From: Setoptus koraiensis
Lineage: Eukaryota > Animalia > Arthropoda
Reading direction: 5' to 3'
Length of the DNA stretch: 64,000 nucleotides
NCBI GenBank assembly: GCA_048013815.1
Contig: CM106585.1
Coordinates: 4,402,001 to 4,466,000 of the forward strand
In this document: one piece after another, positions 35,301 through 46,633 of the stretch
How positions within the stretch are numbered: position 1 is the first letter of the stretch
Layout: the number at the start of each line of letters is the position of its first letter
Position numbers and translations under genes: made by a program
The notes under the pieces: model-generated
What the model saw: the letters and a program-made list of their open reading frames with translations, nothing else
What the model was told of the DNA's origin: nothing
Database searches by the model: none

Positions 35301-37923
35301 TTTGAGCGGCTCATTTCGAGCTGCAAGCACTGTCCGAATGAGTTCCGAGAATCGCACCGAGCAATCGCCTGTCATTAGGACTTCTTCCAATATTGTGTTT
35401 ACCGAAAGGGGCCCGCCAACACTCATAACTTGCTAATATAATGATAATAATTGATTCATCAATCAACATCATCAAACAAAACTGATTTGGCCAATCAAAG
35501 CGACAGGCGGCGCTTTGAACGGATAGGAGCGCTCGTGCGGCAGTGTGGCAGTGGAGTGCTTTTCAGAAGCGTCGGCAAATATCCGCGAGGCCGATTGTCT
35601 TTTCTTTCCCGCCACGGCCACTGCGGTGGCTTCATTCACGGGCGAAACCACCAGAATTGAACTCACACATTTGACCATGTATTTGGCATCAACAGAAAGG
35701 TGCGTTACAGACGCCCGTGGCGAGTATTTTCGCCAAATCAAGTGAACAGATCCCGTGGACAACAGCGCATTCGCTCGTTGCAATTGCACGCGAATTGCCA
35801 GCTCTTTTTCTGCCGTTATTTATCTTTATTATCTTGATTTAGTTGTAATAAACTAGAGCTGCCCACTAAGCCACTGTAGACAGGGCGCGTCACCGAGCAC
35901 GAATAAAGCATCCAGCACGTTACGCCATATGATTCATTGCGTCAAGATTGCTCGCGAAGCTCGATAAGCTCGGCTGGTGGTGCTGAGCCACTAGCGGCAG
36001 CGGTATATCCATTGGCAGCTTTCAAATCCGCGCCACTCGCATCATACTGATAGCTTGGCAATGCGGCCCGCATCTACATCGATTTCGCTCTACATGAGAA
36101 TGCTTCTTATTCGGTGCGCTGTTTGTTGGTCTTGTTGGCCCATCCGATTGTACCTATGCCATCGATGATTTTAATTAGCTCGGGGCTCGTGCCACTATTC
36201 ATCTGTCGGATCTCATCGTTAGAGACGCCAGAAAGTGGGCGACAATGAGCGCGGGGCTTCGGGCCAAAAGTTTGCGCCACTTCGTTTCAGTCAATGTGCG
36301 CCACGATAACACGATTCGGGTATTAAAAATTGATTGAACGGTGCATCATTTTTATCATGGTAGCTGAAATTCAACGGGGCGAACAAGGGTGCACATCAAT
36401 AATAAAATGATGCCGACAATCCTTTGTTTCATGCCCATTGTTTCGATTAGTTGATAATGTCTTTATTCCGTCGAAATCCCATTGACGTGCCGGGCGCATT
36501 TCGAGGAAATGAGGACACTGGCTCGGCATATTTGTCGCGTTTAACCGCAATAATGCCATACATGCCGCAATAATATCTTACTTTACTCCTTCGTTCACTT
36601 TGCGTTCCGTTCAATGCGCCGAGGGCAACATTCAACTTGAATTATTCGAGTGGTTGGCCGGCCCAGGTGAGAGCCAACGACTACTTTTGTTTGCAGCGCC
36701 CAAACAAATCAAATGAGCAGCCAATAATGTTTCAATGAGCAGTGCGCAAGATTATCCGCACTTCAGAGAAATTGCTGCGCTTTTTCCCAGGCAAATTCTT
36801 TCGTTTCGCCCAGAAAATCAGATCTGCCCGACTACTATGTACATTGAAACGAAAGGTTGTTACTTTTTGCCATATAACGAGTGGTCATTGTGCAATTAGT
36901 GCGCTAGGATTACGTGTCAATGTCAATATCAAGCTTGCACTCTCGCAATGGTTGTGTTATTATTTTATCTATTTATTTATTTACATAATAGCGAGCTTTG
37001 TTATTAGGCGAGGAGCATGTAGTAACGAGTTGATAGTTTATAAGATGCTTATTAGCAATTCTCTGCACCTTAGTTGGTTGTAGCTGCACAGTTGGGTGCA
37101 GATATAACTAGCATAAGCTGCCATTTGGTCTGGCTCCAATTAGCCAATTCGACAACATTTACGAAGGGGGGCCTTTCGTGTAATGTATGCGAGTGTGTGT
37201 GTGTGCACCATTAAGTGGGCGACTGATGATTTTCAAATGAGTTTTTCTCGGAAATTCCAAGTCGGAATATACATCTCGCATGGAATGTGTTGGTTGGTGT
37301 TGTGCAATTGAGTGGGCACGTTATTTATGCAACAAACTAGCCAAATGTATATATCTAGCCATATAAGTCAGACAGAACATTAACAGATTAATGACACACA
37401 GTCTTAAGCATTGCGCAATTCAAGTCAACAAACATTTTTTGGGGGCACCTGTACCCCTTGTTGTATTAGACTGCATTACATTATTTGGGCCTGCTACTGC
37501 TACTATTGCACCGTATCACGCGCCTCCAGATGATTGATGACATAGCCAGCGATTACCTAATGTTTACTTGACACACTTTTGTTATTTTTATTATTGATAT
37601 TATTTATGTGCTAATAATTGCTTTCTCTAATATCAGCAGCAACAACAGCAGCCACTGTCTTAACTCTTCTGTTTTCCTCGACTTAGCAAATATAGCAAAC
37701 TAGCGAAAGCAGTCACACACGAACCACCCAAATGCTACCAACGTAAACAAACATCATATCATCGTCTATATTCTCAACGAGGCTTCACGTTTGCCGGGCC
37801 GGCCTCTAGTTTCGCATGGAAGCGCGTATTGCGAACGATCAATTAATCACCTGTGTACAATGTTCAACCTGTTTACTGTTTACTGTTACTGTAACACGAC
37901 ATTATCTTACGTAGCTATGATTA

Positions 37924-38146
37924 ATTACGTAACTGTAGCTATTAGTGATTATGTAACGACATATACAGATAGCCAATGCAATCAATGATGAGCTCAAGTA
38001 GTTGCAAAATTGATCAGTGACCGATGAAATTTGTTTTGGTTGAACTAGTTGTCGACCCGACTGGTAAAAAATTGTTAATTGTGTGTCCCGATCATGCCAA
38101 CTATTACATAACACTCTGTGCCTATTTGTACTGTATGTTATGTAAC
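37924..38146. promoter_or_regulatory. Cluster of four perfect PAR-bZIP consensus sites (RTTAYGTAAY) in SIFaR intron 1
   Basis: ATTACGTAAC 37924, ATTATGTAAC 37948, ATTACATAAC 38103, GTTATGTAAC 38137. Function inferred from the motif only. Confidence 0.45.
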
Positions 38147-40731
38147 TACTTGATATAAATGTCAAAGCAAGCCACTGTGTTATTACTACTGTTAATTTAT
38201 TATTACTAGGCCAAGTCGCACTCACATTGTGTGTGTGTGTGTCGTCACGATAACGGATGATAATAACATAATCATTAGCAGGCAACTCACGACGATTCTT
38301 TATGGCTTCGTGGGCAAATGTCGCATTCATTCACATAATCACTTGTTCACCTGGTTAGCCCATTGGCTGCACACCAACAACGACGATCGCCAATATTGAT
38401 TCACCTGGGCATAATACACAATATACAAACTTCATTAGTATTGTCACTGTGTACGGGCTGTACGCGATTTCGTTGTTCTGTCTCACACAAATACATAACA
38501 TTAAACTAGCACAAGATATAGATCAATGCGCCGTTATGTCACTACAGTTTGTTATTATTATTCTTATCCAGCTCAAAGCGAAAAGTGCGCGCAAAGTCTT
38601 TTTTTTTATTGTGTAATAATTGCCATAGAGTTCAATTGAGTTTTAACTCACTCACTGTGTCGCCGTTGCACGCGCTGCGCCTATCAAATCCGTTATCCGC
38701 CTAAGCGAGTCAGCTATCCTTTTTGTTTGGAAAAGTTGTCGCAATTGCCAACATAATTGCCCCTTTATCCCTTTTGTATTAATCATCAGCGTCATCAATG
38801 GCCCAATGGCTACACTACATTTTGAATGATCAACACACAATTCTTTTTTTCCTAGAATTTGTTTGTTTCCCCCCCCCTCTACCTGTTTGAAAGCCATTTC
38901 CGCAATTCAGCCGCTTGCCTGTGTTCGGGCCCCAGCATTTTCTGCCAGCCACTGGAACTGGGCTCAGGGATTTTGTTGGCTGCTGCCCTTTGACTGTCAG
39001 CCCCCGGGATGCGCCAGGCCCACTCCTGAGGCAATATCGCCCAGACACACAGGTTTTTGCGAGTCTAGACAGTCTAGATGGTGACTGGAATGACTGCAAA
39101 GTTGCCTTTGTTTTCATTGCAACGTCAGCAACGTTTTTCGGCCATATCTCAGGCCAGCTTGCATCATGCAAGTTGCATGTGATCGCGAAGACACACTTCA
39201 CACGACTGCCAGTCGGGCCTCCAGTTAATATCGGCATCGTCACAATCAGCTCAACGTCTCTGTCTTGACGGGACGCTCACCTACTGTTCGCCTCATACAT
39301 ACTCGTACTGTGAGTATGCTCATGGCGTTCAGTTGGTCCCCCATTTCGCCCGTATGTGTCACAGCCAGTGGCCACTTTTTTGCTGTCGACAGTGCTGCAA
39401 ACCTTGAGCAAATAAACAACAAAACATATATTGACAGATTGGCGTGATGTGGGCGCCTGACAATGCTTTTGTCATTAGAATGTCAATGACAATCGCAATG
39501 ACTAACTGTAACGGGCCGCCTACGACAATTAAGCGCGACGGTAAGACTCAAATCGCATTAGCGCTTCGTTTTTGGGCCCTGTTTCGGGCAAGAGTTGCGC
39601 CGCTGCAAATTGGGGCCGGCGCCCAAGCAGCTGATAGCTGGGTGCGCTGTGTGGCTGCTGATTGATTCAACTGTAGATTATGATCATCTAATATCAAACT
39701 AATGCACCGAGAATTGTCAAATGAGCCACAACGAACCGGTTCGGTTTTTTCCGCTTTTCACCGCTTTTCAATCTGGCTAACGTTTTCAATTCGCACAAAT
39801 TTCAACACACCCAGATCGAGCGAGATAGCGCCGTTTTGCCGTTTGCTGTTGCCCTTGGACAAACTAATCGCATTAATTATCATCGCTCTCAAGCGACGGC
39901 CTCGAAAGCAGAAGCATTAATTAGATTAGTAGTACCTATTGCATAACGTAACAAGCGCATTGTTTTCAGCAAAGCGGTGCGCTGTTGAGACCAGACGCAC
40001 AAACAAAAGAGCGTGACAATTTCTTGGAAATTCTCATCCGATAATTACCGCTACGTGCAATATCTGGGCCCCAATGCTGTGCGCGCTTGTGACGATTCGC
40101 AGAACTCAATCACTCGACAGCCTACGCCGCGCAGCCAGTTTAGCTCTAATTGACTAAATTTAGCTCAATTTCGTGCGAGATTTAGGTCGAGGTGGGCGCT
40201 CAGTCTAAATTGTTTTTCTCCTAGCCTGGCTCGTGGTGAAACGCGAATGGTGGCGCGCTCTACGCAATTTCCGTCATTTGTCATGTTTTCCAGCGAAGCG
40301 AGCCAGCGAGCGAGTTACGTGAGTCACGTGAATCATTTGGTGAGTCGTCGTCGTCGTGGAGAAATATGACAAATGAAAAACGACAACGACGCTGACAGCT
40401 GGTAGTGGGGCCGCCGGTTAAAACAGATAGCGCCAGCGGTAGATAGCGGCAAACGTCAAGTGGTGCTCGTGGCAGCGCACAATCCAAAGATATTGTTTCG
40501 GAGAAAACAAAATTTAATGCGGGTCGTGGCTACAATTTTGCAGTTGCCACTGACAAACGGAGCCACTAGTGCGCGCTGACTGTTCGGGCCGCACTCAAAT
40601 TGATGGCTCGGCAGGCCGGGTATGCTAATTCATTATTATTACTATTATCATTATTGTTTGGCTCGCCAATGTTGTTTGGCCAGTTTGTGGCGGGCCGCGC
40701 AACTCGCGCGCATCGCAATACGCGGATTTAT

Positions 40732-40793
40732 TCTAGGCCCGAACAGTTGGCCGGGCCGGGCCGGGCCGCGCCGCGCGGCTGTTCGGGCCTAGA
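40732..40793. repeat. Perfect inverted repeat, 15-bp arms, 32-nt GGCCG-repeat spacer
   Basis: TCTAGGCCCGAACAG ... CTGTTCGGGCCTAGA. Confidence 0.9.
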
Positions 40794-41052
40794 CACTAAA
40801 TTATTCGGGCCCCCAAAACTGGCAAAATCAGAGTGCCTGTAGCTGGTCTAATGGAAGCCATAAGAGTGGGGGCCAATTTGCGCGCGCGTTTTCATTCATG
40901 CAACAACTTGCCGCGAACGGGCCGCTACACATATTTGTTTTTGTATTTGTCGCCGAGTATTTTGATTATATTTGCGGGACGCTCGGTATGAATCGAGTGC
41001 GGATAATTGTGATAATTGCGCCATGTCGGCGTGTGTGTGTGTGTGTACTTAC

Positions 41053-41502
41053 GGACAAATAGGTTGCTGATGAGAGTTGCTGGCAAACAAAACAGTAAGA
41101 CGAGAATGTCGGCCAAAGCGAGATTGGCTATGAAATAGTTTGTCACTGTTCGCATTCGGGGCGATCTGTACACTATGGCCACGACAAATCCGTTACCTAT
41201 TATGCCGATAATGAACACAATTGTATAGGCGAGCGCCAACAAAGTGCTCACGCTCAGCGAATGTCTCAGCCAGGGGATATCGGTGTGCACAACGGAGGCC
41301 GCCGATGTGACAACTGAATTATCTTCGTTTTTGCGCTGCTGCTGTTGCTGTTGCGTAACCGCCGCCGCTTCCACAATGGCCGTTGACAGGTTGCTGTTGG
41401 TTGTTGGCTGCTGTTGCTGTTGCATTGTTGTCACTGCTGTCGTTGATTGAATTTCCGCCCTGTCGCTGCTAATTGACGCTAATGACACCGCCTCCAGTTG
41501 TG

Positions 41503-41536
<34 letters not shown>

Positions 41537-42007
41537 TTGTTGCTGCTGTTGTTGTTGATTGTCGAGCGATGCTGGCGTACCTGTGACGACCGCCATGCTG
41601 TCGCTAGAAATGGCCGATTGCGTGGCGACGATAGTGATTGATTGCAAGTTAGTAGTGCTACTGCTATTGTCTTGGCTGTCCAATGGCGGCTGCGAATTAA
41701 CTGCCAACAACAATGCAATTGGATTACTGTTGTTGCTATTGTTGCTGTTGATCACTAGTCCGCTTGACAGCAACACCAACACCAAGTGCCAATACAATGG
41801 GCCCCATCGCAAACATAATGAGCCTCGTGCCAACACTGTTCTTGTCACCTGTTTTTTCGAGTATGGCTTCACTGGGACACGCAAAAAACAGCGCACCGAT
41901 GATCTCATGGGCGAGCACACAATCCGCTGCAAGCTGGTGGCATTGTCGCTGGCGCTGGCCTTGTCGCTGGCGTGCCAACAACAAACCGATTTCTTTTGGG
42001 TAGCCAT
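41053..42007 (-). CDS. SIFaR: SIFamide receptor exon 1 (long N-terminus, TM1, TM2)
   Basis: [60 protein letters not shown] is class A peptide GPCR TM1-2 of SIFaR type. Donor C|GTAAGT. Four exons sum to 4,254 nt = 1,417 aa + stop. The exact start ATG is uncertain (M1 versus M34). Confidence 0.9.
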
Positions 42008-42021
42008 AATGGTGTGTTGCG

Positions 42022-42729
42022 ATTATGTAATTGTCAACTGGTTACTTTTTACTGCATGCACGCCACACGCGCACTTGTTGTAGTTGCGTAATTATGCGTA
42101 GCTATTGACACAAGTCGTCGCTGCCTAATTAGGCCACTTATGCTGTCGATGCTATCAGCTGTCTGCTAAATTAAATCAGCCATTCACGCATCTGCTCCTC
42201 TCGACGAGATGGGTATGTGTGTTGCGTAATATTTGCTTGCTGCGCAATAGTTAACAAGTTTTCTAGCTAGCTGCAATATGATAATTGACGATAATGACGA
42301 TTTTTCTATGCGATAGCTGGATGCATTTTGCGTCGTTTATTGCGTGAGTCAAAGCTTGCCAGTCGCTGTCGGACAGACAAAGTCGCTATGTGTTGTCGCT
42401 ATGCGTTGGCGCTATGCGTTGGCGCTATGTGTATGAGCTAGCTGTGTATGCTAATGAACATTATGTAATCTGTCTAACTGGCTGCTAATGATGATGCTAA
42501 TGGCAACGGCAGCATCAAATGTCGCTTGCGTCATTACACAAACAACCGGCTCATTGTTGCTTGAGATGCTGCACATATCCTTGCTCTGTCAGCGCTAAAC
42601 TTGAAATGACAAACCTCGAATGCCAACTAGCTTGCCAGTGAAATGTTCCGTCAGTTTGGACAGTTTTTCACTAACGCACACATGCCATGGGGTCGCACTG
42701 CGCCTGTGCGCGCCTTACTATTACGCAAT
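42022..42729. promoter_or_regulatory. Five PAR/C-EBP-type bZIP sites immediately upstream of the SIFaR start codon
   Basis: ATTATGTAAT 42022 and 42460, GTTGCGTAAT 42083 and 42221, ATTACGCAAT 42720. Confidence 0.4.
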
Positions 42730-45123
42730 ACGCGCGCCTCAACAACTCACAGGCACACGAATCACCTAGCAGAATACCTCAATGGGCAACGAATGCGCGC
42801 CAACTACTGACGGCCATGGCGATGATTCAATTGATGATAAAATACCGCATGTTATATCGGCACACTAATTAATTATTTGAGTCCAATTGCGACAGTGAAT
42901 CACCGCACTGAAAACCCTCACTACTGACTGGCCACAACTACAATAACTGCACTCATATCATGCCGAGTAGTATCATTTGCTCAAACGCGCTTCTCGATTT
43001 CTCGCGCGAATTGTACCCCGAACAACAATCACAAATAGAGACTGGGCACTGATTGCTGGCCAGACGACTTCGATTTCGAACTCGGGTGTGGTTTCAGAGG
43101 GCGTGCACCGAGTGGGTGCCCCAAAATTTCTGGTGGGCCACGCATGCGTGCCCTTAAGCACAAATATTTGCCCAAGAGTTATGCTCAATTCATCGGGGTA
43201 TGCATACCTGTATGTCTGCGTTCAACTGTCTGGCCAGAACTCAGCGAGAAGGCAGGTCAAGGTTAAATATTCGGGTTTTCATTGAAAGACTTTTCCATTG
43301 AAGGAGTGGAAAAAAAGATTTCGCTTAGGCCAGCTTCGCAATACTAGCCAAAAACAACGATTTTTGCGGAAGTAAGTGCTCAACTCATGATTATGGGGGC
43401 CCATGGGGAATACTCGAAATGGTCGCTATTGTATCATTTGGAAAATATCAATCATCTGATTCATCTGAAGTATATAGCCAAGATCTCTCGAATCTGCTAT
43501 CTACCTTATCCTACTTTTGTCAACTTGACAAACCCTAAACGCTTGCTATAAGTGAAAAAGGTTGAGTTTCAGCTCCACTTTGATGGGTTCAACACAAATC
43601 GACACTTCATCCGATGAAGTTCATCGATCCAGATCGCCCGACGATTGTTAACCTCTCAGATGCTCGAGTGCGAGCCAGACCAACTCGATTGAGTTGTGGT
43701 AAGAACGGCCCAAATTTGCAGAATAGTGTTGAAATTTTCAACCTGAAAAACTCTTTCGAGCCATAAATCTGAGTTCTCATCACCAACGAAATACATCTAA
43801 TGGAAGCCGAGAGTAAAATGAGGCTACCCTGAAATCAGCCAATCTGGTTATCTGGTTCTTGCTTTGTCATTTTGTCTCTATTTTCCGATAAGCGAATAAG
43901 GGAGACAGCCAAGAAAAACAATTCGTATTTAGGTGACGAAAAGTGCCTTGTTTTCTAATCTGTTCGGAGAGAAATCTAGCTTAAAAGTTTCAGTTGGAGA
44001 AGAGGTACCAGAGGGACTAGTGTGCCTGAAAAATGTTTTTTCCTATGTATTCAATGTATTGAAAATTCGAGCGAAAATTGTGGCAGAAATCATCCAATTA
44101 TTGCAATTAATTAAAAAAACTAGACGATTGTTGCCACTTCGATACACTTTCAGCATTTTAATTAAAACCTTTTCTGTATCAAAGTGCCACAAAGTGTCAG
44201 AAAGTTTGAATTTCTTTCCGAACACTACCCGAGACTCGTATTTCGAGATGGATACAAATATGGCATAATGGAACGTATTTCACAATGCCGAACCCCGAAA
44301 GTTGTTTGTTCACCCAAAAAATTACATCCTCACCCAGCCCTAGAGCGTGAAATAAGGATGTAGTAGTATTGCCAAGGCAAATGAGAAAAACAGAATGGGA
44401 TTTTTTCATCCGTAGCGTGAAAGTTTTCCTTCAGACGCACCAACCTTTTGAGGTGATTTTTCTCGCATTGAGCACAATATCATGACTAGTTTTAAAAACA
44501 AGCAAACAAACAAAACTAGAGCACGAAGAGAGAAATTGTGGTGTTCGCCCAATGTGTTTCGTTCATGCACTGCTCTCTTATCACCGACAGGGTGCAGTTG
44601 ATACAAACAGAAACGGTTGGAATAACCGTCATTTATAACCGCGTTATAATGCGGTGAGGCGGCTTGATTGCTTGTGCCCATCTGCGAAATAATGATAAAA
44701 CACGTTCGCCCATGAATGTTGGCGAGATTCGCATTGCTTCGAAGAGCGAAAAACCTATTCAGGCTGATTGAAACGCTCGAGGGCGAAATTTCTGTTTTTC
44801 TGTTCTTCTGTTCCATTCTGATTCGTCGAGATGGATTTCGAGCGAATCCAACAAGCGACTTGGGCCTCGCCAACGAGCGAGCGGCAACGAAATTCGCCGA
44901 GGCGAAATTTTCTAGACAAGATTAATGGCGGGTGTAAAAGAGCAAATTTTCGAGATCAATCAAAGTGCACGATAAAAGTTTTGGCGTGTTGTGTGTGCAT
45001 AATCATTAATTGAGTGTTGAAATGCAGATGCAGCTAAGCTGTCCAGCATCAATTTCGGCTCGCGAGCGTCTTGAGACGTTTTTCGTGCGCCATATTGTTG
45101 GCTTGCTAATTGATTGTAGCGAC

Positions 45124-45177
<54 letters not shown>
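45124..45177. repeat. (ACG)18 perfect trinucleotide microsatellite
   Basis: 54 nt uninterrupted. Confidence 0.95.
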
Positions 45178-45179
<2 letters not shown>

Positions 45180-45736
45180 ATACGTGATATGTGATATATG
45201 GTTATAGGTGCTTGATTGCCGGCGCACCGTCGAGTTCATTGACACGGCCAGCCGGCATTGGCTACTTGTAACCTGTTATCTGGTATTGGCCGGCGCGGCA
45301 AGACATGTGTGATGATGCTGATGAGAGTTGAATGTCCTTAAGTGTGGCCACTCTTGAATGTCAGTGAATCCTATTTAGTCGGCTGTCTAGTTAATTTAAA
45401 CAAGTTGATTACATCGACAACATGATGCTTGTTGGTTGCATTGGGCTGCCGGCCAGCTGATCGAATCGGGGATCCGCTGACCAGTAGTGCACTTTGTTGT
45501 TATAGACTAGCGGTGTTTATGTCACAACAAACAAGCGACATGGCGGCGGCGATATAGCGAGTGAGATAACAACAATGATTGTGCGTATTGCATAATCAGT
45601 TGGTGAGGCGGCGTTCATCCGTTCGCGCAAGCAGCACGGACAACACGGACAGCACGGACACAGACGTCATTAGAGGCAACAATATTGCATCATAATTATC
45701 ATCATTGTCATCATGATGCGATCGTCAGATAGAGCG

Positions 45737-45767
45737 CGAAACTTTCGCTTCGAAAGCGAAAGTTTCG
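45737..45767. repeat. Perfect inverted repeat, 14-bp arms, 3-nt loop
   Basis: CGAAACTTTCGCTT cga AAGCGAAAGTTTCG. Confidence 0.9.
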
Positions 45768-45962
45768 AGTCGCCCGCTCACAAAGTCCGACACAAAGCGA
45801 CCGTTGATAATTTCGCTTTTAGCTTTGGTTGGCTCTCACGCCGCCCCAACAAATAAATAAATATATATATATGCAACATTTGTATTGTTACGCAAGTTTC
45901 ATTTGCGCGAGTGACCGTTATTGTAGCGCGTAACGGCAATAGCCATAACACTGACACGGGCT

Positions 45963-46022
45963 CTGGTCGGTCACATTTACAGCTGGCCGGTCACATGTAG
46001 AGCTGACCGGTTACATGTAGAC
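45963..46022. repeat. 20-bp minisatellite x3 (CTGRYCGGTYACATKTASAS)
   Basis: Three diverged copies. Confidence 0.8.
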
Positions 46023-46133
46023 TGGCTGGCGAGACTTGGCAGCGAGCGCGCCATGATACGCGCCGAGTGCGGTCAATTGACAGATACGTATGCACGGCCA
46101 CTTGAATCTAATTGAATATTTATTTATGCCCGC

Positions 46134-46184
46134 CACTGGTCAAGCGCACTGGTCAAGCGCACTGGTCAAGCGCACTGGCCAGTG
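46134..46184. repeat. 13-bp tandem repeat CACTGGTCAAGCG x3 ending in palindrome CACTGGCCAGTG
   Basis: Exact copies at 46134, 46147, 46160. Confidence 0.9.
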
Positions 46185-46547
46185 TAGTGTAGCGTGGCCA
46201 ATTGCGTTGTGCCAATTCATCTTGCGGCGTTGCGGCAAATCTGCACATGGCGCATTCTTTGGCGAGACCGTGCTCGGTTGTCTCGGTGTGGCCGGCTGGC
46301 GGGCACAAGAACGCGGCCCGAGAATGGGGCCCCACAACGAGAGCCCACAATGGGGGCCCACAGCGCCAGACACAGTCGGTCTGATTCTTGTCGCGGGGGC
46401 CCGATAACGTCATTGTTGGCACGTTTAGCCGGCCGAGCGGTCAGCGTGGGCCGCGCAAGCAAATGGCGCCCACTGGGCAAACAAAGGCCACTTGTCGAAA
46501 ACTGGCCACTCGATGCATCAGCAACAGCACCACCAACGCCAGCAACA

Positions 46548-46633
46548 CCGACAACCACGACAACGCCGACAACGCCGACAACGCCGACAACGCCGACAAC
46601 CACGACAACAGCGACAACAGCGACAACAGCGAC
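46548..46633. repeat. 9-bp minisatellite CGACAAC(NN), about 9 units
   Basis: Related array in the opposite orientation at about 62935-62980. Confidence 0.85.

Noticed and set aside
41030-41052. (AC)n directly after the intron-1 donor, suggesting fish-style AC/GT intron bridging
   Set aside because: No complementary (GT)n tract near the acceptor at 20398.
43200-44950. Possible transposon in a repeat-poor block
   Set aside because: No transposase/RT motif, TIR or TSD could be identified, so it is not called as a mobile element.
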